Notes: generated by a model not told the origin, from the letters alone. A DNA stretch of 63,740 bases, filler included, from Octopus bimaculoides (GCF_001194135.2; 4 parts of 4 records of this genome joined end to end with filler, not necessarily neighbours in it); one strand, 5' to 3'; positions 51,815 through 63,129 are shown, counted from the first letter of the whole stretch. Program-made: numbers and translations.

Positions 51815-52060
51815 TTAGTCGATGAAATCCACTTCTATACTTGGCTGGTACTTTATTTTATCGACTTCAGAAAGACGAAAGGCAAAGTTGATCTTGGCGG
51901 AATTTGAACTCAGAACGTAAAGATTTGGAGGAGATAACGCAAAGTTTTTTGTGAAACACTCTAGAAACTGTTAAATTGTTTTATCGATTCCGAAACGATG
52001 AAATGCAAAGTTGACCGCTGTAGGATTTGAACTCACAACATAAAAAGCTGGAAGAGATAT
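51815..52060 (-). mobile_element. Two partial SINE family B copies
   Basis: GAAAGGCAAAGTTGATCTTGGCGGAATTTGAACTCAGAACG and GAAATGCAAAGTTGACCGCTGTAGGATTTGAACTCACAAC. Confidence 0.7.
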
Positions 52061-52765
52061 ATTGCAAAGCGTTGTGTCAGGCACCGACCATTTTTATTCA
52101 GCACATCTTGCGATATCCAGGAAAATCCTTGAATTCAGCTCCGAAAACGAGTGAAATACACCAACTCTGATGGTATTTTCATGGCTGACATTTGCCTGAG
52201 TGTTGTTACGTGAACTAAATACTTCAGAGACAAATGTAGTGGCCATATACTCGATACAGTATTATCAGGGTTGCTATAACTAGTTGTTACATATCACCTT
52301 GGCCCATCTATGTTTTGATTTCAGCTTATCTGACTTCAATAGAGCTGGAAAATGTCAGAAAATACAAGATTGAAAACACTAGATTCCAGCTGGAAGTTTA
52401 ACTGACACATTTAACGATATAACAATAACAACCAATTGTTGTTTGTCGTATCATTTACATTATTGAAGAAACTAAAGAATCCCTCTTATCAGCTACTTGG
52501 AATTGTTCATGTAAATAGAGATAGAGTTTCGGTGAGTTTTAAAGTTTGAAATGTAATTGATAAGATATGTTCTTCAGGAGGTTTCTAAGAATATTCTTGT
52601 GGATATTAAAAGATAACAGTAATTAAGTGAAAAAGCATCGTAAGAAGTTGCAACAGCAGCAGCAGCAGCAGCGACAGGGTCGGGAAAGAGGAATATTACG
52701 TAGAAGAAAAAAAGACGGAAACGAAGTTGTGCAAGATGACGTAGTAACAGTTTTAATAGCGGATA

Positions 52766-52850
52766 ATGAAGAAGAAGAAGAAGAAGAAGAAGAAGAAGAA
52801 GAAGAAGAAGAAGAAGAAGAAGAAGAAGAAGAAGAAGAAGAAGAAGAAGG
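52766..52850. repeat. (GAA)n microsatellite
   Basis: Direct inspection. Confidence 0.95.
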
Positions 52851-53344
52851 AAAACAGTTAAATGTTAAAAATGTTGATACAGAAGTACATCAAATATAAA
52901 CAGAGAAAGCAGAAATAGGCAAGTGGGGGAAGGAAAAGTAGAGGCAAAAATACAGAACGAAGACAGTTACAGAACGTTTTCTTGAAGTTGTCAGTCTTAG
53001 TTAAGTTTTACATTTTGTTTAGATTAAAGGTGGTGGCCGATGCTGACTAAAACAGAAATACATAAATCTGAAAAGGTAATGTGTGTGTCAGATATTATGG
53101 CAGTTTTAGTAGAGAATGAGTTACATTTCTTGAATTGGTATTCATTGATAACAGAATGGGTTCTTTTATAAATAACACTTCTTTTTGAATAGGAACACGA
53201 GGTGAAGAAGGATTAAAAAAAAAATTGAAGACAAAATTGTGATGGTAATCTTTCACATACAAATTTGTGCCGTTGGTGAAGAATATTGTTCTTAAGTTCT
53301 CCTTTGTCTTCATTCTTATTGGTGTCACGTCTAAGCACAATTGT

Positions 53345-53705
53345 GGCAATCATGTCCTGTCACAATTCTCTGTTCTTTGCATTCTGTAACAGTTTCTGTA
53401 ACAATTCTGTAACTTCCTGATGTTTATTGCCTATCTCTTCCAACCAGTTACTCTTTTACTTTTTTCAGTCATTTGGCTGTGGCCATGCTGGAGCACCACC
53501 TTCGTCAATCTTGACATCCATATCATCCTTCTTGTCCATTTAATCTTTCCGATCATCGCTAAAATCTCGCAGCTCTTTTTCCCCATCACATGATCAAGAA
53601 ATCTCAGTTGTTTGGCCCTTATCTCACGTAACAGTTTCCTATTTACCACAGCTCAGGGCATCACTTCTTCATTAGAGACCTTGTCTATCCACGCTATCAT
53701 AATTG
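53345..53705 (-). mobile_element. RTE LINE 3' fragment, split by a family A tail fragment (~53455-53500)
   Basis: VNRKLLREIRAKQLRFLDHVMGKKSCEILAMIGKI matches RTE RT C-terminal QLRFLGHVMR..LENL..TGKI. The distal part resembles ELLQxAKNRELWxxMIA. Confidence 0.8.
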
Positions 53706-54123
53706 CATTATACAGTTAGATAAAAGGTTTCTCTTGTAAGAATTTCATAATTTCTCCGATTTAAGTATGAAGTAAAATAATTCATATTTCAAAAGAACAG
53801 AATAAACTAAAATATATAACACAAAAAAAAAAAATCACTCATAAAAAGAAAGTGATTTTGGCGTTGGTGAGAATGGTGTCGCAGTTATTAATATTGTATT
53901 TTAAGAGCATAAAAGTTTTTTGAAAGTAAAATTTGTTTGAAATTAACATACTCCACAATTTTCATTAAATATATTACAAAAAAAAAAACAAACAAACAAA
54001 CAGTAGTATTCTTGTGAGTGGGTGGGGGTAACTTTTAAAATTACTTATTTTCTTTCTATTTTCGGATTAGTATTCAGAATACGAAATAATTAAACGCTAA
54101 TAAAATAGATATTTTATTATTAG

Positions 54124-54168
54124 GACGCCGTCGCATAGGTTTGCTCTTTCGGCTGAAGAAGAAAACAG
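54124..54168 (+). other. Candidate 45-nt symmetric exon
   Basis: TTTTATTATTAG| ... CAG|GTGTAT; open frame (G)RRRIGLLFRLKKKT. The donor is weak and no protein is recognised. Confidence 0.2.
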
Positions 54169-54457
54169 GTGTATTCTAAAATAGAGTGCCAAATGAACAC
54201 CATGGCTATGAACCGATATTGATAGAGAAAAATCGACAAGTGTAATGAAATTTGTAAAGAAATTGTGATATGATTGAAATGGTAATGGAGGAATTAATAA
54301 GCCGCCGCTAGGAAATATTGGGGTAATGTATATTTGAGTAAATTCAATAAGGGATAATACAAAGTGATCGGTTATAGAGAAAGTAAAATTTTGGAATCTA
54401 TGAGTTGTGAACGTATAAATAGGTAATGCGGAGAAGATAAGCAGAACGAGATGAGAT

Positions 54458-54584
<127 letters not shown>

Positions 54585-54980
54585 CTGTAGAGATGGACGA
54601 TCACCTCTGTAGATTGTGATAAGATTGAAATTGTCTATGGATTTCAGTTTCAGCAGTCGCACACACTTACGCATACAGGAAAATATTTGTGTGTCTATAC
54701 AAATAGATAATTACTGGCATATACATACACAAACCTGTATAAACCACTCCAGTTATATAAACGTGTACACGATGAGAATTGCAGACACTGCAGAATGTTG
54801 GAGACGACATCTAGTTTAAGATTCTATTTCTAACGACGTCAGATTTGTCTTTTATTTTCTAAAGGTTGAAAAATAATTTTCTATTAGTTTGATTTGGGGG
54901 AACAGTCTTCTTTGACAGCGGCATATTGCTGCAGCAGGAGAAACAAGAGCTGGACGAGGATTTCTGAAAGATGGCAAATA

Positions 54981-55247
54981 TAGGGTTTTTAAAAAGTCTC
55001 TCCGCAGTAAATATTTTATTGCAAAATAATTATTTATAAGATGGCATAAAACTACAAAAGAATATATTAGTCTTTACAATACTTAAAAAAAAAAACTTTA
55101 TAAGAGAGGTGTTGAAAGTGTCATCCTTCATTTTCAATGCATAAGTTGACTCTTCTGCACATGTTTTGAAATACAAATCGGAGAGTCTGACTTTTGGAGA
55201 ATTAGGATTAAAAAAATTCACTGCGGAGAGACATTTTGAACATCCTG
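54981..55247. mobile_element. Tc1/mariner-type MITE with TA target duplication
   Basis: Left TA|TAGGGTTTTTAAAAAGTCTCTCCGCAGTAAAT. Right (reverse complement) TA|CAGGATGTTCAAAATGTCTCTCCGCAGTGAAT. TA at 54979-54980 and 55248-55249. Confidence 0.8.
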
Positions 55248-55249
55248 TA

Positions 55250-56045
55250 TAAAGAATCGGTGCCACTGTAATAGCAGTTGGCATATGCAGAATGCTTGTG
55301 GGCCAGAGGTGGGGTTGTGTTGATGAGAAGGTTCATAACCATCGTTTGAAGGCCATTTCTTAATGCAATAGGCGGTATCTGCGTGGGGGATGCACCGTCC
55401 TAATTGCGGGAGCAGGTGGGAACTTACTTTTAGTGAAGTAGTATTTGATATGTTCAAGATGTGAAATCGCTAGGATTAGTGAAGACGACGTTTGGCAGTT
55501 ATGGAGTCGTTCATGGTTCTGTTTCAAATCCAGGGGATGGTAGGAAGAAAGGTTGTTTTCTTGAGACTGTCTTTTGTGTTGTTGAAGGAGAAAACATTGA
55601 AGAATGTTCTTGAAAGACCTAGAATTAGTACCGTTTTGATATGAGGTGTTTAAGTTACATATAAGATATGGGTGGTTAAGAATGAGGGCAAGTTGACATG
55701 AGAACCGTAGGGATGAGCGTTTGTTAGCGGGAAGGAAGGCAACAAGTAAGTCACTTTTGTTGTATAAAAGTAAGGGCGTTATGTACAAAGTACTGTGTTT
55801 GCGTGCGCGCGTGAGGTCCCTATGAGACAGAGTAAACAAGAGAGATAAAGACAGGCAGAAACAAGGACAATGCCCCTTGTATTTGAATACTATGAAAATA
55901 TTCTTTTAAAATGCTTTTCATTTAATTTCTCCAAAATTTAACTGTTTTCCATACTTACAGTTGAAAAAGTCTCAATGACCGAAACCGGTACTGAAATGTT
56001 TTTTATAATATTATTTTAGCATTTTCTACCTTGACTTTTTTCATG
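55250..56045. mobile_element. Probable Penelope-like relic (ORF-like minus-strand stretch plus pLTR with decayed hammerhead)
   Basis: A decayed hammerhead at 55958-55993 lies next to a long, frameshifted, unidentified open stretch on the minus strand. The PLE N-terminus assignment is weak recall only. Confidence 0.35.
55958..55993 (+). ncRNA. Decayed type I hammerhead motif
   Basis: CAG-TTGAAAA-A-GTC-tcaat-GAC-C-GAAA-CCGG-TA-CTG. Stem I CAG/CTG, stem II, GAAA and palindromic ACCGGT are present. The 5' core differs from CTGAAGA at 2 positions. Confidence 0.5.
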
Positions 56046-56566
56046 TATATANNNNNNNNNNNNNNNNNNNNNNNNNNNNNNNNNNNNNNNNNNNNNNNNN
56101 NNNNNNNNNNNNNNNNNNNNNNNNNNNNNNNNNNNNNNNNNNNNNNNNNNNNNNNNNNNNNNNNNNNNNNNNNNNNNNNNNNNNNNNNNNNNNNNNNNNN
56201 NNNNNNNNNNNNATATATATATATATATAAAAATTTAGATCGATAGATAGCTAAATATAGATATATACATACAGCAGATGACTTCCATGAAAACCTAATA
56301 GTACTGCATAGGTATGCGAAGTGTGTATGTGTGTTTGAGTGAACCGCTTTCGCGAATAGTGGTATTTGATTTTACCATTGTTGCTGAGATGAAATTTAAA
56401 GAGCATTCACTGCTGACAAATATTTAACTATGTATTCCCTCATTCCAACCAATTCAGCATTCTAAGTATTTATTTTGTCATTTATTGTTTACAGGGACAC
56501 TAATGTCCATATTGCCAGACACTCGAAGGCTAATGCCTACATTGCCATCCAATTCTCTCATTGTAG

Positions 56567-56644
56567 CTGTTGCTGGGCTTCAACGTCTGCAAGTCGATAC
56601 ACAGAGAAGATTTGAGGCCGTAATGAATTACTGATGCTGTTCAG
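56567..56644 (+). other. Candidate 78-nt exon (non-coding or 5' UTR-like)
   Basis: AATTCTCTCATTGTAG| ... TTCAG|GTAGGT. Stops in all three frames; it ends with ATGCTGTTCAG. Confidence 0.25.
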
Positions 56645-56795
56645 GTAGGTGAAATACAAGAAAATTAATATAGAAAATTACTATTTTTAAATCTCACAAC
56701 GAGAGATGTTCAGCAACAGTACTTTGTAGTAAAGATTGTTTTAAAATAGTAATTTTAGAATTTATAGATCAGTGACTAGTTGTCATTTTGAAAAC

Positions 56796-56942
56796 TATAT
56801 ATTTCGAACGGGAATTTAGCAATGCCACCTCTAGTCAAACAATTATTCTGTGCTGATGAAGAGAAATAACCCGGAAATCGCGATACACAGGTATTGTTTT
56901 GAGCTGAGTGGGGGTGCTGGATTCCCTTGTTCGAAAATATAT
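56796..56942 (+). mobile_element. ~147-bp rod-like fold-back element with a hammerhead at its apex
   Basis: Left arm TATATATTTCGAACGGGAATTTAGCAATGCCACCTCTAGTCAAACAAT. Reverse complement of right arm: ATATATTTTCGAACAAGGGAATCCAGCACCCCCACTCAGCTCAAAACAAT. Confidence 0.7.
56848..56890 (+). ncRNA. Type I hammerhead motif
   Basis: CTGTG-CTGATGA-agagaaataacccg-GAAA-TCGCGA-TA-CACAG. Perfect 5-bp stem I extended by AACAAT/ATTGTT, intact core, palindromic ATCGCGAT. Stem II is imperfect (GAG/CCC). Confidence 0.7.
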
Positions 56943-57580
56943 GGACACAGATCGTGTCGTATAGCCAGCTGAAGACGATGTCTCCTGGGGCTAAATTACA
57001 GCAACATTCGTCCTAAACCAGGACTGCCATGTTAAGTTGGCAAACAATCTTTATTACAAGAAAATAATTGTTCTTCTGTTTATTAAAAGCATACACTCAT
57101 ATTCTCGCCATATATTTCATATTTAACTTCTTGATTTTGTATAAATGTTTTGTTAAAACTTGTAAAGACATTTCTGGGATTTATATACAGATGATATACA
57201 AGGAAGTTTCAACACCATACACGCAATACTCTTTCATTACTGAAAGACATACATCCACTAAACACATGACTGTTTTCTTACTTTCTGAATTTCAGCATCA
57301 CTTTAGTTCACGATGATTCTTAAAATATTTAATTCAATTTACTTTTTAAAGATACAATTTTCTCTAGCCGTTTCCAACGTTAACTTCTGTATCAAGTTTT
57401 CAATATTCTCTGTTTTGAGACTTTTCTAACATAAATGGAAAAGCAGCAGACAAATAGCAAAAACATATATTCGGAGTAAATCCAGTGTTCCACTCCATTT
57501 TCCCTTCCTTGTCCATTTTTCTGTTCTTTCTGTTTCTTCAACTGTTGACATTAAATTCCTTATGACATTAATGTTAGACT

Positions 57581-58563
57581 ATGTACTTGAATACATAATC
57601 ACGTATTCAAACGTACTTCTGTTAGGTCAAAGGTGTGCATTGATGTTCCTATTGCGCTATGAATATGATAATATGATGATGGTTGATAAATGTATTAATA
57701 CTAGTGGGAGACAAGGAAGTTTTGTTTTGTACTTTGAAGTACATCTGAAGTTATCCAACGGCTGTACACATATCGGTTGCAGACTTTAACTAATGAATGT
57801 ATTTTCATTGCAGTTCATTTGGTAAGTGTTATTCTGTGAACAAGATAATAAGAATTCTAATGAAAAGTGAGTATGTGACATGCTGCTTGATTAACCGAGA
57901 GTCGTTAATAATCATTGAGCTATTTCAATAGGAGACATAATTCATAATTAGGTACGAGAAGTCACCTCTGAAGAGAGAACTTGAGAGACCGATTAGTTAG
58001 GAGCCTCTATTTCGTAGTGGATAGTTTGTTTCTAATTACCTTCTCTCCATTGTAAATTTATACCGAAGCTCCATGAAATTCTGCAATGTTAATCTGGAGG
58101 GAATTTGTAACGTAATAGGAGCGAATTGACGTCCGCCAAGAATCGAAACCGTTTTTCGAATAAATTCATTTAATATGGCGTCTAGTTTATAATACAGAGC
58201 ATGTATATATGATATTGTAACGATAGCTCGTTTAATTGACGGTGAAGGGAAGACCTTAAGATATTTTGATTACGTCCCTTTACATCTGTGTTCAGATCAC
58301 GCCAATTCTACGTTGCCTTTCATCTGTACAGTTAAATTATGTACTTGAATAATGTACTTGAATACATAATCAAGTCTGTCTTCTAATGTACTTCTGATAG
58401 GTCAAAAGCGAGTATTGATGTTCCTCTTGTGCCATGAATATGTTGATGATGATTACTAAATATATTAATATGAGGGAAGTTTTGTTTTGTACTTTGAAGT
58501 ACATCTACAGTTATCCCACGACTGTACACAGTCGGTTGCAGACTTTTACTAATGAATGTATTT
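57581..58563 (+). repeat. Diverged ~220-bp direct repeat pair (57581-57804, 58352-58563)
   Basis: Both units run ATGTACTTGAATACATAATC...GGAAGTTTTGTTTTGTACTTTGAAGTACATCT...TCGGTTGCAGACTTT.ACTAATGAATGTATTT. Confidence 0.9.
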
Positions 58564-58827
58564 TAAAATAGTACACAAGTACTAGGTCGGAGATTAAATG
58601 ACTATATATTCTCCTACACACACACATACACACACTATATATATCAAGAATTATTGATAAAGGAGTGCCAAGCAAGGTAGAATACTTCACAATGTCTCTG
58701 TTAATTCTAATACACCAGACTAACAAAATGTTTTCAGATTAGTAAAGAGCTCCAGGTAATCGAAGTTAATCACCAACCAATTTTGTAAACCCATGGTCGC
58801 ATTTCCAAGTTAAACTGGTCTTTTACA

Positions 58828-59066
58828 CAGAATGATATACACGGAAAGGCATAAATAATAGGCTTTACATATTTTTATTAGCGCAGTTTTGGCTTACAGT
58901 TGTTTCTGCTATACATTATAGTTGCCTCCGTGACTCTGTTTATCCGTTGAGTAAACAGACATGAACGCACCTGCAATGCATATCAGAAACAACTGTAAGT
59001 CAAAAATGCGCTTATAAAAATATGTAAAGTCTATCATTTATGCCTTTTCTTTCACATACAGTTCTG
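58828..59066. repeat. ~240-bp fold-back palindrome with a 9-nt central loop
   Basis: AAAGGCATAAATAATAGGCTTTACATATTTTTATTAGCGCAGTTTTGGCTTACAGTTGTTTCTG pairs with CAGAAACAACTGTAAGTCAAAAATGCGCTTATAAAAATATGTAAAGTCTATCATTTATGCCTTT. The innermost TCTGTTTA/TAAACAGA closes loop TCCGTTGAG (58943-58951). Confidence 0.9.
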
Positions 59067-59261
59067 GTTTAGTGTCGAGGTTCGCATTTTCCCTTCCTGA
59101 ATATCCTGGACCCCAATTCATGGAACTGGAGAACTCTAATATAAAAGCATGCGATGCGTTGTTCATTCTGCTCTCAGCATTTTCAAAAAAGTGGTCCGTC
59201 CCTGACCTTCACTACAGAAAAGAAGTAATTTATTTGGATCTCTTTGTTTTTTCTTCTTTCT

Positions 59262-59634
59262 TTGTCTCATTTATTAGAGTGAGGCCATGCTGGGGCACTT
59301 CCTTGAAAAATTTTTATTCAAGCGAATCGACCCCAGGGATTATAATCTTTTTCTAAACCTGGCTCTTAATCTATCAGTCCTTTTTGTCGAAACGTTAGGT
59401 AACGACGACATAAACAAACTAACATCGGTTGTCAAACGGTGGCAGGGGACAAACACATATACAATGACACACGCACATATACGACGGTCTTCTTTCAGTG
59501 TCCGTCTAACAAATCTCTCCAGGCTTTGGTCGCCCCAAGGCTATAGTAGAAGACATTCGCCTAAGGTGCCACGCAGTGGGACTGAACTTGAAGACATATG
59601 GTTGAAAAGCGAACCTCCTACCACACAGCCACGC
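59262..59634 (-). mobile_element. SINE family A, diverged full length
   Basis: GAGGCCATGCTGGGGCAC...CCTAAGGTGCCACGCAGTGGGACTGAAC...ACCACACAGCCAC. Confidence 0.8.
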
Positions 59635-59646
59635 CTTGATAATCTT

Positions 59647-59850
59647 TGGTTCGTCTTAGTCATTTGACTGCAGCCATGCTGGAGCACCGCCCTGAAGGAT
59701 TTTAGTCGAACAATCGACCCCAGGAATTATTTTTAAAGCCTAGTATTTATACTTTCAGTCTATTTTACCGAACCGCTAAGTTACAGAGACGGAGATACAC
59801 GAACAGCGGTTGTCAAGCGGTGATGGGGGAGACAAATACAAACAAAAAGA
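59647..59850 (-). mobile_element. SINE family A, tail half
   Basis: GTCATTTGACTGCAGCCATGCTGGAGCACCGCC...CCGAACCGCTAAGTTAC...GGTTGTCAAGCGGTGATGGGGGAGACAAA, then (CA)n. Confidence 0.85.
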
Positions 59851-59872
59851 TACACACACACACACACACATG

Positions 59873-59917
<45 letters not shown>

Positions 59918-60369
59918 GCACACGCACGCGCGCGCACACACACACACACGCACACACACACACACACGCACACACACACACACACACGTACACATATTCA
60001 TGTGTGTGTGTGTGTGTGTGTGTGTGAACATTTGTGGTAGTGTGCCCATGTCAGAAATTAACATTTAACTAATGATTCACTTGGCAATGATTCTATCAAT
60101 AACATAAAAATTAAATACTGAAATCCACCAATCGCCGATCGCCATGTTGTAACCAGGTTTCTGTTGTACAAATGAGATGGCGGTTCATTTTCCACAAATA
60201 TACCCCAAAGCAGTTTCCATAAATGGTATATTCATTTCTGTCATGAACAGAAAGATGTGCTATGCAATGAAGTGGAAAATAACGAATGGGTGGTATCACG
60301 AAATCTGGTTAAAATTTCAAATTAGAAATAATGATTAAGGAATTAAATATTTTAATGCTTTTCTGTTGT

Positions 60370-60490
60370 AAGAAAGTCGTTCTACCAACAGAGAGCAACT
60401 CGGATAATAGAACAGGTTTTAAAACTAGAATCAAGGTGACATTCATATTTACAACACAGCGATTTTGAAATAATGATAATAATAATTTCG
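60370..60490 (+). pseudogene. Possible second R4/Dong-like 3' end next to (AAT)n
   Basis: KKVVL..(frameshift)ATRIIEQVLKLESR* resembles QKxxLLGTARIIRxVL*, followed by (AAT)n. Confidence 0.3.
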
Positions 60491-60513
60491 TATGTGTATT
60501 TCGTGTGCAAGAT

Positions 60514-60551
<38 letters not shown>

Positions 60552-60771
60552 GAAGAAGAAGAAGAAGAAGAAGAAGACTACACCGGGGAAGTTTAACATG
60601 TGAGAACGATAAATCACTGCTCCGAAACTTATCCAAAAACATCGGAAATAAAGACATCGCATTGAGCCAAAAAATAGCTGACAAGGGGCTGGATTATATC
60701 CGAGTAAGTAATACTCATTGAAATTTATTTCTATCTTTCCAAATATAATGATGTATTTTAACTTGATACCT

Positions 60772-60871
60772 NNNNNNNNNNNNNNNNNNNNNNNNNNNNN
60801 NNNNNNNNNNNNNNNTTAATTAATTAANNNNNNNNNNNNNNNNNNNNNNNNNNNNNNNNNNNNNNNNNNNN
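60772..60871. other. Artificial scaffold-joining linker
   Basis: 44N-TTAATTAATTAA-44N, 100 bp. Confidence 0.95.
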
Positions 60872-60960
60872 AAAAAAAAAAAAAAAAAAGAGAAAAGAAA
60901 TCGGGAAAAGGAATAGGAAAGGAAAAGGAAGCAAAACAAAATGAGGAATCGATAATAATA

Positions 60961-61019
<59 letters not shown>

Positions 61020-61426
61020 TATAATAATAATAAAGAAGAAAAAAGACAAAAGTAAAAAGGAAAAAGCAAAGGGGAAGATATATGAGGCAAACTAGGAAAA
61101 GGTAAGAAAAGAGTTAATAATAATAATAATAATATTAATAATAATATACGTATATATATATATATATATATGTAGATATATAGATAGATAGATATGTGTG
61201 TGTGTGTGTATACATATAGTTACATAGATATGAATCGGTATATGTATATGTGTATATATATANNNNNNNNNNNNNNNNNNNNNNNNNNNNNNNNNNNNNN
61301 NNNNNNNNNNNNNNNNNNNNNNNNNNNNNNNNNNNNNNNNNNNNNNNNNNNNNNNNNNNNNNNNNNNNNNNNNNNNNNNNNNNNNNNNNNNNNNNNNNNN
61401 NNNNNNNNNNNNNNNNNNNNNNNNNN

Positions 61427-61489
<63 letters not shown>

Positions 61490-61642
61490 AATATATATAT
61501 ATATGTATATATATATATATTAAATATATACTCATATATATATACACACATATATACATATATACATGTACATACATATATATATATGTATTTAACTTTC
61601 TATCTATACACATTCTTTACCGATATGTATGTGTATGCGTGC

Positions 61643-61675
<33 letters not shown>

Positions 61676-62293
61676 ATATGAAATATATATAGTGTATTTA
61701 TATACACACACACTACATATATATACATATATATATAGTTCCATATATACATATGTACATATATATACAGGGACGCCTTAATGTATACATGCATATACAA
61801 ATAATTTGTTATATAGTAATATGAAACTATATAATGATTATTTTCAATATATATGTACAGTTAAATATACATATACATACATATATGTGTGCGTGTGTAT
61901 ATTTATGATTTAATCTATGTATATATAAATTTTTGCTTGTGTGCTTATATCTGTGCATTTGTTTGTGTATGTATACATGTCTGTATACGTGTACGTGTAT
62001 ATGCATATATGCGTCTATGTACACATGTATGTATGTATGTACGTATGTATGTATGTATGTATGCATGTGTTAATGTACATATGTATGCGTGTGTATACAC
62101 ACTCATGCAAATATTTTCATTGGTTTTTGGTTTTCTGTTGTCACTAAAAGTAACATTGTTTCACCATTAAAACGAAATGGTAAATTGTATGTTTGCGCAA
62201 GTCAATGTGTACGTCTTCGAGTGCGACCGACATAGTTGTGCTCCTGCCTCTTATATAAGCAAAGCACACGCACACACTCATACCCACACACAG

Positions 62294-62332
<39 letters not shown>

Positions 62333-62378
62333 ATATGTGTGTGTCAATGTGCGTGTGTGCGTATATATATATATTGTG

Positions 62379-62416
<38 letters not shown>

Positions 62417-63129
62417 NNNNNNNNNNNNNNNNNNNNNNNNNNNNNNNNNNNNNNNNNNNNNNNNNNNNNNNNNNNNNNNNNNNNNNNNNNNNNNNNNNNN
62501 NNNNNNNNNNNNNNNNNNNNNNNNNNNNNNNNNNNNNNNNNNNNNNNNNNNNNNNNNNNNNNNNNNNNNNNNNNNNNNNNNNNNNNNNNNNNNNNNNNNN
62601 NNNNNNNNNNNNNNNNNNNNNNNNNNNNNNNNNNNNNNNNNNNNNNNNNNNNNNNNNNNNNNNNNNNNNNNNNNNNNNNNNNNNNNNNNNNNNNNNNNNN
62701 NNNNNNNNNNNNNNNNNNNNNNNNNNNNNNNNNNNNNNNNNNNNNNNNNNNNNNNNNNNNNNNNNNNNNNNNNNNNNNNNNNNNNNNNNNNNNNNNNNNN
62801 NNNNNNNNNNNNNNNNNNNNNNNNNNNNNNNNNNNNNNNNNNNNNNNNNNNNNNNNNNNNNNNNNNNNNNNNNNNNNNNNNNNNNNNNNNNNNNNNNNNN
62901 NNNNNNNNNNNNNNNNNNNNNNNNNNNNNNNNNNNNNNNNNNNNNNNNNNNNNNNNNNNNNNNNNNNNNNNNNNNNNNNNNNNNNNNNNNNNNNNNNNNN
63001 NNNNNNNNNNNNNNNNNNNNNNNNNNNNNNNNNNNNNNNNNNNNNNNNNNNNNNNNNNNNNNATATATATATATATATATGTATATATCTATATATATAT
63101 ATGTATGTATGTGTGTGTATATGTTTGTG

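Noticed and set aside
52324-52400. Acceptor TTTTGATTTCAG followed by YLTSIELENVRKYKIENTRFQLEV*
   Set aside because: No convincing donor and no recognised protein; insufficient support.
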